The notes: generated by a model from the letters alone, not told the origin. A stretch of 64,000 nucleotides of DNA from Octopus vulgaris (GCA_951406725.2 OX597817.1:139810001-139874000), one strand, 5' to 3'. Positions 1-13,093 are shown, counted from the stretch's first letter. Numbers and translations are program-made.

Positions 1-784
1 AGTTTATTACTGGTACATTTTTTATGATCCCTCATCTCCTTTACTAAAGAGATGTCATTGAAGGAGCCTCTGTATTGTAATTTGAGCTGTTAGAAATAGT
101 AGCCAAATCTCCCTCAAGTTACACCTTACTGTCTCTTAATGAAAGATCTTGTATAATGTAATCGCAATTACACTGAGCTTTGAAAAAGTAGGAGGAGATG
201 GTCATTGATGGAATAAGTGTGATCATAGGTTTGTGTGTGTGTGTGTGTGTGTGTTCTCTTTTGTTTTTAATTTTCTTTATTCTTCCCTTGAGAAAGGAAC
301 TTGTTTCTAACAAAGATATAAAGCTTCACCTTTGGAATATAGATAACCGAAACGATGTCACATTTTAAACTTGAGAAAAGTCATCATGTTTGTAATGTGT
401 GAGTTGGCTGATTTCCTTTTTCTGAAGATCGAAGCTTATCCAGATTGAAACTCAGGCATTTACTCACAAAACCATGCACAACACTCATTATTGGTTTAAA
501 TGTGAATTTATAATCTGGATACAGAAACTGGAGGTTTTGAAACATTGTCCATAGTTATCCTCTTTCTCTTTGATTTTCAAAGAGATTTTTACATGAGTTG
601 ACCTCTATGACAGTACATGTTTTTTTTGTCTGTCCCAAGCAAGAATATCCAACCTGTTATGTTTACACTTGACCGATGTTTTAATGGGAATGTTCCACCA
701 ATATTTCTTGAGTTGATATTTGTGTATGTATCCAAAAACAGTGGGGATTGTCTGTATTTATTCCGGGACAGTCTTTTTTTCCGA

Positions 785-1012
785 ACGAGCTGGCAGAAAT
801 GTTAGTACGCTAGGCGAAATGCATAGCTGTATTTCGTCTGCCGTTACATTCTGGGTTCAAATTCCGCTGAGGTCGACTTTGCCTTTCATCCTTTCGGGGT
901 CAATAAATTAAGTACCAGTTATGCACTGGGGTCGATATAATCGACTTAATCCGTTTGTCTGTCCTTGTTTGTCCTCTCTGTGTTTAGCCCCTTGTGGGTA
1001 GTAAAGAAATAG
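785..1012 (+). mobile_element. tRNA-derived SINE, type A (ends AAAGAAATAG)
   Basis: A-box-like TGGCAGAAATGTTAG, B-box GGGTTCAAATTCC, conserved domain GACTTTGCCTTTCATCCTTTCGGGGTC..AAGTACCAG. Near-identical copies at 7357, 8979, 28424 and 42213. Confidence 0.85.
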
Positions 1013-1452
1013 ATATTGTATATTGTTTTTGCAACAGTGTTGTGTCTCATAGGAAGGTAGTACCTTGATACTATCTTTGGGCAGCTGCTTTTACAGATAT
1101 AAGACATAATCTACATTTTCAGTTATGTTGTGGAAGGATTCCGACCATCCCCATCTAACTAAAAGTGGACTGGCACATTACTATAAAAGAAAGAACTGTC
1201 AACAGTTCAGGGTCAGCTGCTGTTCTCTGTGAGTTGTTGGCAGAGAGTATTTAACCCAATGTAACAGCAATTGTATTGCATCGTGTGACTACTTTCTTTC
1301 CTCCTGCCTCATTAAATTATTTATCCAACACCAGAAGATAAAAACTTACATCTTGGTGCAGCAAGGGCTTCACTGTCTTGTTTGTTTGTTGTGTGTACGC
1401 ATGAGATAATGTGTGTTTATAGTGATACGTGTCTATGTTTCTTTCCTTCCAG

Positions 1453-1483
1453 ATCTTTTGTTCTTCGACACTGATCCACCGAG
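1453..1483 (+). CDS. candidate 31-nt internal microexon of an unidentified host gene
   Basis: Strong acceptor TTTCTTTCCTTCCAG and donor GAG|GTAAGC in non-repetitive sequence. Two open frames (LLFFDTDPP or IFCSSTLIHR). Gene not recognised. Confidence 0.5.
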
Positions 1484-1894
1484 GTAAGCCACATTCATAT
1501 ATTTACTTTCCATATTTCAATAAAGCAATATCACTAAATACAGCATCAGAGAAATTGTTTAACTAAAGGATTATAGAATTAGAGTACTCTCTCCACAAAT
1601 CCCTTGGTACTCATTTGTTGGTAAGAAAACTCAATAAATTCACGGTACTGGTCTGTTGGTCTCAAAAGTCATTTAGGTCACAGCTCTGATATTATCTCTG
1701 AAGATTAAGAAATCAAATTCTAAAATGTCAACAATATTATCTACTATTTTTAGCAGATGGCATGAAACCCAAACAGTTCTTTGTAAAGAATTTCAGTTAG
1801 AGATGCTATCAGATATAATCAGAACTACAATCTCTCTTTCCAGCTCTGATAGCCATATATCTCTCCTACTGCAAGGCCCCTGCCCTTCGATCAT

Positions 1895-2320
1895 ACATTG
1901 TCTCAAGCATTTGTCTTATGAAGAAAGGCTGAAGACGCTCGACCTTTATTCTCTAGAAAAACGCCGCCGCCGTGGTGATCTCATTCTTGCTCACAACATC
2001 ATATGCAGAAAGTGTAACCTCTCGAAAGAGCTGTTCTTCACTCCTGCTCCAGAGCGTCGACTGCGGGGTCACTCTGAAAAGCTCTATCTGCGACGATTTC
2101 ATCTCAATCGAAGGAGAGGGGCTTTCTCCGTCCGGGTTGCGGATCTGTGCAATAAGCTGCTGGACGAGATAGTGAAGATGCCGACGACCACTCGGTTCAA
2201 AGTCTCCCTTGACCACAAGTGGCCTGAACTCTTTACATGAACACCACCCTGTACATAACTCCATGTCCCCCTACATGGCCTTGCTTTTTTGCTTTTTGAG
2301 CCAAATAATTAACTTAACTT
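1895..2320 (+). mobile_element. 5'-truncated CR1/L2-group LINE 3' end
   Basis: ORF2 C-terminal motifs LSYEERLKTLDLYSLEKRR.RGDLI, RGHS.KL and FSVRV...NKL; stop at 2240; short (AACTT)n-like tail. Confidence 0.85.
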
Positions 2321-2339
2321 CTCAACTCCTGGCATAAAG

Positions 2340-2600
2340 CCATCTCCCCTCTATGCTACAACCCCATTCCCTTGAATGGTCTTTTCCTTTGTCTTGTGAG
2401 TTACTTGCTGACCTCACTAGTGTCAGTGCCATGAAAAATGCACACTGCACACTTTGTAAAATGGTTGGCTTTAAGAAATGCATCCAGCCATAAAAACCAT
2501 GCCAAAACCGAAAGTGGAGCTCGATGTGGTCATCTGGTTTGTTGAATCCTCTTGAACTGTCCAAACCAGAATAGAAAATGGACATTAAATGATGGATGAT
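2340..2600 (+). mobile_element. old RTE-related 3' end fragment
   Basis: Diverged GGTTGGC.TTA.GAA..GCATCCAGC...GGACATTAAATGATG terminus. Similar relics near 6340, 18490, 27555, 41470, 45900, 59520 and 63740. Confidence 0.55.
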
Positions 2601-5600
2601 CAATCAGAGACAGCTTGAAGTTTTGATTTTTCAAGTCCTTTGAGAGATGAAATGTTAACTAAATTCTGGCAGGATTTGAACCAAGAACTACAAAGACTGA
2701 AACTAAACACCATGAGCTTCATGTTCACATTAATGGTTTTAGTATTTACCACCAACTGTTCTTAAAGTTTGCCAATATTTCATTGAAAAATTCTCATTAT
2801 TCTGTAGCAGTAATTAAGCTGAGGCAGCAACAATAAATTATAAGTTGAATTAAATTAACGATTTATGTTTCTAGACTTATTGTTAAAGAAATCTCTCTAG
2901 ACAGATAAATACTCAAAGGAAATTTTTAAAATAATTTCAATAATTTCAGACTTGTGTTTCTAGTCTTCAGCACGACCATTTATTCTATGATTATTTCTCT
3001 GGGTTTTAACAATTCTTTTAAACCCAAATGTATTGAAATTGCCATAAATATGGAATGGCTGATTAAATAGTTTTAGTATTTAATTCCATGCCTTCTAGAT
3101 CTTAGTTTGGCTCTCATTATTGTCACCATTGTTGTTTAATGGTTTAATGCCTACTTTTCCATGTCTGCATGGGTCAGACGGAATTTATTCAGGCGAATAT
3201 TCTGCGTCTGGATACCCTGCCTGTTATCAACCCTTATCTGTTTCCAAGCAAAATAATTTTTTTTCTTTGGCCAGACAAGTTTTTCGTGGAAGAAAACTGG
3301 AAATGAGTGCCATTGTTTAGATGATATTGGTGCTTACACACACACACACATGCATATGTTAAGCTTCTTTTAATTTCTGTCTACCAAATCTACTAACAAG
3401 GCTTTGGCCAGCTCAGAGCTACAATAGTAGATACTTGTGCCATGCAGTGGAATTGAACCTGGTATCACATGGTTGGGAAGCACGCCTGTTATTTTCACTG
3501 TAAAGCAAATAAAATATTTACTTCTTGTTTCAATTTACGGCACCTCTGACCAAGGAATCTTAGGAAGAGAGTTGTTTTGACTGTGACTCTTCTATGTCCC
3601 TGTCTATCTAGGATTATATATCACACTGTGTCTTTATTTTTAAGATAGCAAGCTATGATTTAAGGGACATTTGGTTGCCATTTCCAACAGATGTAGCCAT
3701 CATGTACAACTTTCCCTGTTGATGTAGAATATATTCTGGTAACGGGTGTGGCTTTATAGTTGAAGTTTCCATCCCAATCACATAAGTTGGAGTTCAGTCC
3801 TACTGCACAGCAATTTGGGCCCTGGGCCAACTAAAGCCTTGTGAGTTGATTTGGTAGAAAAAAAAAACTGAAAACAGACTGTTGTATGTGTGCTGTCTGT
3901 GGGTTTGTTTACATCTGTGCTCATTTCTATTGAAATTATAACCTGTGTGTGAGTGGTGATGCTGTTGCCACTTCTGTCAACAAATCCTCCTCTCACTTTA
4001 TACAAAGCCATGCTGAAGAAGAGATCCCTTACTTGAAAAACTTAAGAGTTAGCAACAGGAAAGGCATCCAGCAGCTAAATTTTGTCTCAATAGTGTAATC
4101 ATCAAATATGGAAATAAAACTAAAAACAAAAACAGATGTATATCAAGGGTGATGCTGCACCATCATCATTGTAATCTGTTTTAAGTACATTTGGTCCCTT
4201 ATTTCTTCTGTATAATTCTTTAGGGAGTTCAGAGAATAATGGTGCTGTGTGGGGACCAGCATGTCAAAGAATTGACCCAACGTTTCCTTTGTATGTCGTA
4301 AAAGGTGACCAAAAGAGGTTGAAGTATGATTTGCACTCTGACCTCGTAAATGACCACCCCAAACACACCCATGGGTTGGAGGGTTGTGGCCTGAGTGGTG
4401 CAAAGGTGTCATTCATCAGGGGTGGCTAATCACCAACTAATGGTGGATGCAGTGATGTCATTCATGTACCACGCCATCTGTCATCTACCATCACTCATTG
4501 CAATAGCATCAGTCAGTTATATTCACTCTCCTTTCTGCTGAATTTTCATTCGCCATTGTTGTTGCCATCATTGTTTTTGCATTCACCTTCCCATGTTATG
4601 TGTTTGACATCTATTTTAATGCAGCATCTCACCACATGGTGTGGTCCACCTTCAATTCCATCACTGTGCCATCAAACATCACTGCTTCTTCTTAACTTTC
4701 CTCTTGTTTCCTTCTCCTCCGCTTCCTCCTACTCCCAGTGTCATTGCTTCACATTTTTTCATCCCTCCATCATACTACTACTACTACCACCACCACCATC
4801 TTGTGGCAAGTTAACAATAGTGGTGGGGAAGAGGGTTTTATGTGTGTCATTATGTAAATCAGAGGACAAGATACCAAATGAGAAATCAATAGATCAGATG
4901 AAACAATTGAGGAATTTTCCCTTTCATTTGTGACATTATTCTTGCTATCCACCCCCACCCCTGCCTCTTTCTCAATCCCTAATTCTTTGTCCTCCTGCTT
5001 TTCTCATTATCTGTCTCCTGTCAACTTCCTTTCTCAGCATCCTTTCTTCTTTCCATTCCGATATCCTCCTCCCCTACACCCTGCAGCTCTTCGTTGCTTC
5101 TCTTTTCTTCATCAATGGCTAATGATGAAATTTAAAATTTTTCATTTCCCATTTTCTCTTCCTGCATCAGATACACACTCTTTAGAGTCTTTTGTCTTGC
5201 ACTTTTTCAACCACAAAAGAAGTCCACAAGCTGCCAGAATCTTTGGTGTATTGGACAAACTGCTCAGCAGCATTTCTTCTCACTCACTCAAATACTGCTG
5301 AGGTCAGTTTTGTTGGTCATCCTTGTGGGGGTCAATAAAATAAGTACTACTGAAGTTACTGGGGTTGATGCAATTAACGGGACCACCTTCTTTAAAACTG
5401 CAGGTTTTGTAACTAAATTAAAAAGAAATATTTTGGCTACAAAAATCTTCACTATTTTCACCTTTTATTTTCTTGCCAGATCAGATTGGGGCCTGGTGCA
5501 GCCTCCTGACTTGCCAGACCCCAATCAAACTGTCTAATCCATGCCAGTATGGAAAACAGATGTTAAACTATGATGATGATGATGTATAGCTTGGTTGTTC

Positions 5601-5694
5601 TCTCTCTTGTCCCTATTCCTACCCTTCGACTATTTACTGAATTTTTCTGAGCTTGTTGTCTTGTCTTGAGTCTTGTTTCTGTCCCATTATAAAA

Positions 5695-6090
5695 TACAGA
5701 CGTGGCCCAGTGGTTAAGAAGCTTGATTCCCAACCAAGAGATCTCACATTTAGTTCTGTTGTGCAGCATCTTGGGCAAGTGGCTTCTTATAGCCCCAGGC
5801 CAATCAAAGCCTTGTGAGTGGATTTGGTAGATGAAAACTGAAAGAAGGCAGTTGCATATGTGTGTGTGTGTGTGTTTCTCCCACACCATAACTTATCAAC
5901 TGGTGTTGGTTTATTTACATCCTATTGTGATTTTGACAAAAGCGACAAATAGAATAAGTATCAGGCTTTCAAAAAAAAAAAAAAACTAAAAGTACTGGAA
6001 TTGATCTGATTGGCTAAACACTTCAAGGTGATGCTCCATCATGGCTGAAGTCCAGTGATTGAAACAAATAAAACATCAAAGATAAAAGAC
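5695..6090 (+). mobile_element. CORE-like (OR2-like) tRNA SINE with internal microsatellite
   Basis: GTGGCCCAGTGGTTAAG head, CTTGGGCAAGT, AAAGCCTTGTGAGTGGATTTGGTAGA, internal (TG)n, 3' GAAACAAATAAAA. Confidence 0.7.
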
Positions 6091-6704
6091 AAGAATTTCT
6101 TGTGGCTGCAAAAACTTTCCAAACTCTTTCCCAGTTTCATGTCACCAATCATCAGAACGATGCAGCAGTTTAAATATTCATCCTTGTGTGGTGGTGATTA
6201 ATTACAGGAAACTCTGAGTAACAGTTTGGGAAGGCTTTTCAGCTTCAGTGAAGCCCTATTTTACTCAACCATGGCTATTTGAGTACTATTTTGCCCACAT
6301 TTGCCCCCTGTGCTCGTATGTGTGTGTTATATAACCATCATTATCATTTAATGACTGTTTTCCATGCTGGCATGGTTGGATGCTTTGAGAGGAACTGGCA
6401 AGGCAGAAGACTGCAGCAAGCTTTGCTGTCTACTTTGAAATGATTTCTATGGATAGATGCCCTTCTTAATTCCAACCATTTTACAGAGGATATTTGGTGC
6501 TTTTTACATGGTACCAGTATCAGTGAGATCACCAAGTAACTTATATGTTGAAAAGTTTTTGCAAAACATACTTGATATAGTCAGAATCTTTGAAGAAAGT
6601 CTTTCTTGAAAGTTATTCAATTATTTGAAAAACTTTTAGTGAAACAAAAAAGACACTAACATTTTGGAACAAAGTATTTGTGTCGTCTGTAAGCATTTTT
6701 TTTC

Positions 6705-6890
6705 ATCACCCTCATCATCATCGTTTAACATCTGCTTTCCATGCTGGCATGGTTTGGATGGTTTGACTGAGGGCTGGCAAGCCTGAAGGCTGTACCAGGC
6801 TCCAATCCGATCTGGCAATGTTTCTAGAGTTGGATACCCTACCTAATGCCAACTACTCTGAGAGTGTAGTGGGTCTTTTTATGTGCCATT
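6705..6890 (-). mobile_element. RTE LINE 3' terminus
   Basis: (CAT)n tail followed by GTTTAACATCTGCTTTCCATGCTGGCATGG..., matching the 3' end of the long RTE copies. Confidence 0.75.
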
Positions 6891-7189
6891 TATATTTGGT
6901 GTATACAATTGAAACCACATAAAATGAAATTGCCATCTGTGTATCATACTAAATGTATACACACAATTAGAGGGCATGATACTGTGGAATTGCCTGAGAT
7001 AAAATCTCTTCATAGACTCGTTCTGTCAAAAAACACAGTATATGTGGGAGTGGAATGAACATCATTGCTGCAATGCCTCACCAAGAACAACAGACACATT
7101 TCGTATTTCTTGAGGCTTCTTAATGCTATCAACCCAGAGATTTTTTTCTACTGCTTGGCAGTGAATTCTTTATTCATTATATCCAACAT

Positions 7190-7592
7190 ATATTCTTTTC
7201 TACTCTAGGCACAAGCCCTGAAATTTTTGAGGAGAGGGCCAGTCGATTAGATAGTCTCCAGTACGCAACTGGTTCTTAATTTATCAACCCTGAAAAGATA
7301 AAGGGCAAAGTCAACCTGGGCGGAATTTGAACTCAGAACGTAAAGACAGATGAAATACCTATTTCTTTACTAACCACAAGGGGCTAAACACAGAGAGGGC
7401 AAACAAGGACAGACAAATGGATTAAGTCGATTACATCAACCACAGTGCATAACTGGTACTTAATTTATTGACCCTGAAAGGATGAACGGCAAAGTCGACC
7501 TCGGCGGAATTTGAACCCAGAACATAACGGCAGATGAAATATGGCTACGCATTTTGCCTGGCGTGCTAACGTTTCTGCCAGCTCGCCACCTT
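7190..7592 (-). mobile_element. SINE type A joined to or nested in SINE type B
   Basis: Minus strand reads head + type A body ending AAAGAAATA, then GGTATTTCATCTGTC + second B-box/domain + type B tail. Confidence 0.8.
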
Positions 7593-8004
7593 GGATGTTT
7601 CATGAGTTTTGTGGAAAGCGCTGTTGGATGGAGTGCCTTTCTTTAAATTTTTTTTTCCTTCGTTTTAAGTCAACTGCTTAAATTTCACTGGAGTTTTATT
7701 ACACCGTCCCTAGTTGATATAGGGTGATGAAACTATTGCCAGCAGAATATGTCCTACATACATTGAAGCATGAATTTCATTTAAGCAGGTGACAATGGAG
7801 TGCATGGCATTGACGAGAATCAAGAAAAACAAAAATGCCTCTGTTGTTCTCATGATTCAATGCAACAATGATGTTTGTCTTGCTTGGATATATGTTGTGC
7901 TTTTAGCAATGAAAGTTTATGAAGGAATTTTGTCTCAGACAATTCTACAGCATCATGCCTTTAAATGATGTCTATACATTTAGTATGATACACAGGTGAT
8001 TAAG

Positions 8005-8040
<36 letters not shown>

Positions 8041-8062
8041 AATTCACAATATTTGCAATCCT

Positions 8063-8320
8063 TAATTCTTTTGGCACCAACCTGCTCAACACTATCTTTG
8101 TTTTTATGATAAAAGAAAAAAAAATTTCCCATAAAATTATTTCTATTTAAATTAAAACTTCCCATTATAATTTTGTGCAAGAACATCTTTGTTAAATTAT
8201 TCTCGAAACACCTGATTAATAATGGAAAAGTTAATTATTCGGCTAAATCTTGAGTATTTTCAAATTTAATTTCAGCATGTAGCCTGTTTATTTGATTAGA
8301 AATATATTCTAAGAGTTATA
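8063..8320. mobile_element. degenerate piggyBac-type MITE
   Basis: Starts TTAATTCTTTTGGCACCAACC and ends AAGAGTTA; loosely collinear with the clean MITE at 39509. Confidence 0.4.
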
Positions 8321-8433
8321 ATGTACTCAGAGAATAACATCAATAATTGTTGCATAGCCATCTCGGTTGTCTTTGAGTTCATATTGAACATGGTGTAGTA
8401 GTAGAGTTTCAAGTAATTCTAACAACAGCAATG

Positions 8434-8465
<32 letters not shown>

Positions 8466-8659
8466 TGGTGTTGTAGCTATGAAAATAGTAACGGAAATGG
8501 TAGAATGTCACATTGAAGTCTTTGAATTATATTCATCCTTTCACCCATCATCTCTCCAGAATTAAGTACCAGTTATATAATGGTGTTGATTCAGTCAGTT
8601 ATATCCCTGCCAAGTTAGCAAATCAGTGAATAGGTCAATAAATAAATAAATGTTATTAA

Positions 8660-8693
<34 letters not shown>

Positions 8694-8694
8694 G

Positions 8695-8877
8695 AGGTGG
8701 TGAGCTGTCAGAATCATTAGCATGCAGGATGAAATGCTGAATGGTATTTCTATGTTCTGATGTTGACTTTACCTTTCATCTTTTCGGGGTTAATGAATTA
8801 AGTACCAACAAAAACACTGGGGTCGATGTAAGCAACTAATCCCCTCCAGACAAATTTGAGGCCTTGTGCCTCCAGGG

Positions 8878-8880
<3 letters not shown>
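8695..8880 (+). mobile_element. tRNA SINE type B ((ATT)n tail)
   Basis: GAGCTGTCAGAATCATTAGC head, shared domain, GGCCTTGTGCC..GGATTATTATT tail; flanked by (TTA)n. Confidence 0.75.
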
Positions 8881-8917
<37 letters not shown>

Positions 8918-8918
<1 letters not shown>

Positions 8919-9370
8919 GGCAGTGAGCTGACAGAATCATTAGCATGGTGGGCAAAAGGCTTAGCGGTATTTTGTCCTAGCAGAATCGCTAGCACGTCGG
9001 GCGAAATGCTTAGCTGTATTTCAGCTGCCGTTACGTTGTGAGTTCAAATTCCGCCGAGGTCGACTTTGCCTTTCATCCTTTCAGGGTCGATAAATTAAGT
9101 ACCAGTTAAACACTGGGGTCGATATAATCGACTTAATACCTATGTCTGTCCATGTTTGTCCCCTCTATGTTTAGCCCCTTGTGGGTAATAAAGAAATAGG
9201 TATTTTGTCCTTCTTTACATTCAGAGTGCAAATCTTGCCAAGGTTGACTTTGTCTTTTATCCTTTCAGGGTCGATAAAATAAGTACCAGTCGAGCACTGG
9301 TGTCGATGTGATCGACTAGTCCTTTTCCCCGAAATTTCAGACCTTGTGTCTTCAGTAGAAAGTATTATTA
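8918..9370 (+). mobile_element. SINE type B interrupted by SINE type A (8979-9198)
   Basis: 13-bp target duplication GGTATTTTGTCCT at 8966-8978 and 9199-9211. Confidence 0.85.
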
Positions 9371-9389
9371 TCATTATTAGTATTATTAT

Positions 9390-9730
9390 AGACATCGCAC
9401 AGTATATAATATCATGAGGTTGTTGACTGAAGATATTGTATCTACCGGGAGATTTGTACTGTTAGTTGAGTCGCAGCAAGGACCTCAGACAAACAGTACT
9501 TTACACAATATGTGTGCCGTTCTAAGTAATGCTGACTTTTGCAATACACCAAGATTGCAGAGTATTTTTAAAGAGTCTAGATGTTTCTTCAGCTTAGGTG
9601 GTATTGAACCTAATGCTCCGATGACAATAGGGATAACCTTTATGTTTGGCTCTCATAGCTGCCACATCTTGGCAAACTCAGTTCTCAAGTCTCCATATTT
9701 CACAACTTTTTCTCTTTCTTTCATATGTTG

Positions 9731-9732
<2 letters not shown>
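9390..9732 (-). mobile_element. Dong/R4-type RLE retrotransposon 3' fragment
   Basis: Minus strand encodes EKVVKYGDLRTEFAKMWQL...IPIVIGALGSIP...ILCKVLFV*; flanked by (TAA)n. Confidence 0.8.
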
Positions 9733-9771
<39 letters not shown>

Positions 9772-9799
9772 TACTACTACTACTACTACTACTACTATT

Positions 9800-9968
9800 A
9801 TTCAGTAGTTTTATATTTATAGCGTGCTTTCACTTCACTACCGAGCGCAGCTCTGTGTGCCTTGGGTATGTGCTGTGGTTTGTTGTGACGCTCTTATGGT
9901 TACTGTATTGAAAGTGTTTTGCATAGGATGTGTGCAGTGCCCAGTAGTGCAATTTTCTGTATGTTATT
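9800..9968 (-). mobile_element. Dong/R4 3' end (LSIQ* family)
   Basis: QKIALLGTAHILCKTLSIQ* plus 3' UTR near-identical to the copies at 16207 and 63228. Confidence 0.8.
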
Positions 9969-9989
9969 TGCACTACTTATTATTATTAT

Positions 9990-10225
9990 TCTATGTTTGA
10001 CTTTTGCTTTATATTTGTACAAGTTGGCTCCAAGTCTCACCCAGGGACCTCAAGATACAACAGGTTGGAAGTTCATGTTGTTGTTATGCCTAGTGTGCCA
10101 TATATTTGGGGGTTTTTTGGTGTTGTACTAGTGAATGTCTAAAAAAAAAAAAACCGAAAATTATGTTTGTTTTAAACCTTGAGATTACATTTTGCGATTT
10201 CCTGGTATCTGGGTTAGGTAGCAAT
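9990..10225 (-). mobile_element. Dong/R4 3' end (LSM* family)
   Basis: 3' UTR matches 40083-40379. Confidence 0.7.
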
Positions 10226-10235
10226 CAGCCCCTTG

Positions 10236-11178
10236 TAAAGTTCAGAAAGCTCCTAACTCTACTGGTGACAAAGGGCCTCTTGCTCAGAGTGTAAGGTAAA
10301 CTGTATGATGCATGTGTGTGAACAGCTATGCTACACGGCAGTGAAACATGGGCCATGACTGCTGAAGACGTGTAGGCTCAAAAGAAATGAAGCTTGTATG
10401 ATCTGCTGGATGTGTAATATCAGTGTGCACACAACAGAGTATAAGCACCCTGAGAGAAATGTTGGACATAAGAAGCATCAAATGTGGCATGCAAGAGATG
10501 ACTGTTCTGGTATGGTCATGTGCTGTGTATGGATGAGGAGGGCTGTGTGAAGTGTCACTCCTTAACATTGGAAGGACCCTGTGAAAGAGGGAGACCCAGG
10601 AAGACATGAAGTATGACTTCCGAACGTTGGGCCTCACATAGGCAATGACAAAAGACCGAGACCTCTAGAGATATGCTGTGATTGAGAGGACCCGGCAAGG
10701 AAAGTGAGATCACAGCCGTAGCCTACACAAGTGTCGCATAACCAGCCCATCTAAAACGTACCTTTGAATCATTCTTTGCTCAAAGAGACTTACTGTGTCA
10801 AGTAAATCACAATCAAATGGAAATTGTAGCTGTGGACAATACCAGTGCCACCTGACTGGTTCCCGTGCTGGTGGCATGCAATAAGTACCATTCATGCGTG
10901 GGTTGTTGCCAGATCCACCTGACTGGCTCCCTGTGCCAGTGGCATGTTAAAAGTACCATTCGAACGTGGCTGATGCCAGTCCTGCTGACTGGCTCCTGTG
11001 CCGACAGCACGTAAAAATCACCCACTACTCTCTTGGAGTGGGTTACGTTAGGAAGGGCATCCAGCTATAGAAACCCTGCCAGATCAGATTGGAACCTGGT
11101 GCAGCCTCCTGGTTTGCCAGTCACCAGTCAAACCGTCCAACCCATGCCAGCATGGAAAACGGATGTCAAATGATGATG
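10236..11178 (+). mobile_element. 5'-truncated RTE LINE
   Basis: Decayed ORF end (LLVTKGL.LRV, LHGSETW), 3' UTR repeats, (GAT)n tail. Confidence 0.85.
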
Positions 11179-11650
11179 AAATAAGTACCAGTTGAACACT
11201 GGGATCAATGTAATCATCTTAGTCCCTCACCACAAATCAATCCCGGGCCTTGTGCCTATAAGTAGGGAGGCTTGTTATTATTGGTAGTAGTATTAAGGGT
11301 GTTATTTATGGTTGTCAATGATAGATTGTATGAGAAGAAAACCAGATTCTGAGAATTTGGTTTCTTTTAAGTTTGTAATATTTGTAGTTTTGAAAGAGTT
11401 TAAAAGATTCAGATATTCTCAGGTTGACACTGTTTTAATTAGGATATGAGCTGGGCCCATGAGAACAATCTTTTGCAGTTCTGATTGCTTTGGTTTTCCT
11501 AAGCTTTGGCCACAGTGTTTAAGATTTGCACAATCAGACAAAAAGAGGATTAACAATTGATTGTTTTGGTTTATTCATGATTGAGATATTAATCTGCATA
11601 ATTTTTATAGATTATCAATCCATTTCTGTAGAGTGCAAACCTTTTTACAT

Positions 11651-12050
11651 TGGTGCAGGCATGGCTGTGTGGTAAGAAGCTTGCTTCCCAACCACATTGT
11701 TCCAGGTTCAGTTTCACTGTGTGGCACCTTGAGCAAGTGTCTTCTACAATAACCTCGGGCCGACCAAAGCCTTATGAGTGGATTTGGTTGACGGAAACTG
11801 AAAGAAGCCCATCGTATATATATGTGTGTGTGTCTCTGTTTGTCCACCCCACCCCCAACATCACTTGACAACCCATGTTGGTGTTTTTACGTCCCCGTAA
11901 CTTAGCACTGTGGCAAACAAGACTGACAGAATAAGTACCAGGCTTACAAGGAATAAGTCATGGGGTCGACTTGTTCGACTAAAGGCGGTGCTCCAGCATG
12001 GCTGCAGTCAAATGACTGAAACAAGTAAAAGAATAGAAGAATAAAAGAAT
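11651..12050 (+). mobile_element. CORE-like (OR2-like) SINE, complete
   Basis: GGCATGGCTGTGTGGTAAG head, CAGGTTCAGTTTC B-box-like motif, internal TA/TG repeat, (AAAGAAT)n tail. Confidence 0.85.
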
Positions 12051-12179
12051 GTGAACACAGTTCCTCAGGCCTTTTCCTTCTCTTCTTCTCTTTTTATGTA
12101 ACGCTGCCCTTAAACTTTCCCCTACACTCCTATTCAAAACTGATTCCACCTTCAACTCTTCCATCCTATATCCTGTCCC

Positions 12180-12535
12180 TCATCATCATCATCATCATTG
12201 TTTAACATACGCTTTCTATGCTAGCATGTGTTAGACGATTTTGACTGAGGGTTGGTGAACCAGATGGCTGCACCAGGCTTCAATCTTGATCTGGCAGAGT
12301 TTCTACTGCTGAATGCCCTTCCTAATGCCAACCACTCCGAGAGTGTAGTGGGTGCTTTTACATGCCACCGGCACGTAGCCAGTCAGGCGGTACTGGCAAC
12401 GACCTCACTCGAATCTTTTACACATGCCACCGACACAGTAACGATCATGCTCAAATGGTGTCTTTTACATGCCACCAGTACGGAGGCCAGATAGCCGCTC
12501 TGGCAATGATCACGCTTGGATAGTGCTCTTAATAC
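12180..12535 (-). mobile_element. RTE 3' UTR fragment
   Basis: (CAT)n tail, conserved terminus and about 3 UTR repeat units. Confidence 0.8.
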
Positions 12536-12657
12536 CTTTTATTGTAGTCCAAGTCCTAAATTCTATTATTTCTCTCATCTTTTTCCTCTTGATATTTTAT
12601 TCAATAATCTGCAATTGTTTTGTTTTTCTTTTTCTGAATATCATCTTATAACTTGTT

Positions 12658-12697
<40 letters not shown>

Positions 12698-13093
12698 TTG
12701 TTTTATTATTTGTTTATCGTTGTAAACAAAGTGATTGCTGCTCTCGTTTTTAGATATCATATTGACAGTCCAAGCCGACTTTGCTCTATTTTTCCAATAT
12801 GTTTCTCCTCTCTATATAAACCATATTGTGCTGCTTCCTCCCAATTCCAACTGTTTCGCTCCAGCATTACTGCCATTAATGCATCATTTTCTGCCCCCGC
12901 CCTCCATCCCATGCACTTAACTCCAGACAAACACTTTGAAGCCAAAGAACATACAACAAACACCCTCTCACTCTCACACATACTCTCTTGCTCTTTCTGT
13001 CTCTCTCACACATTCCCTTTCTTTCTCTCTCTCTCTCTCTCTCACATATACACATCCTCTCACTCTCCCACCTCTCTCTCTCTCTCTCTCTCT

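Noticed and set aside
1725-2240. 171-aa ORF as a gene
   Set aside because: Only the C-terminal ~115 aa is CR1/L2 ORF2; the N-terminal part is read-through flank.
4285-4440. TGTCGTAAAAGGTGAC motif followed by GGCTAATCACCAAC, suggestive of a retroelement 5' region or HDV-like ribozyme
   Set aside because: Could not build P1/P1.1/P3 with the required nucleotides by eye; would need an RNAMotif search.
7590-7960. Possible mariner remnant around the SINE pair
   Set aside because: No diagnostic motif recoverable.
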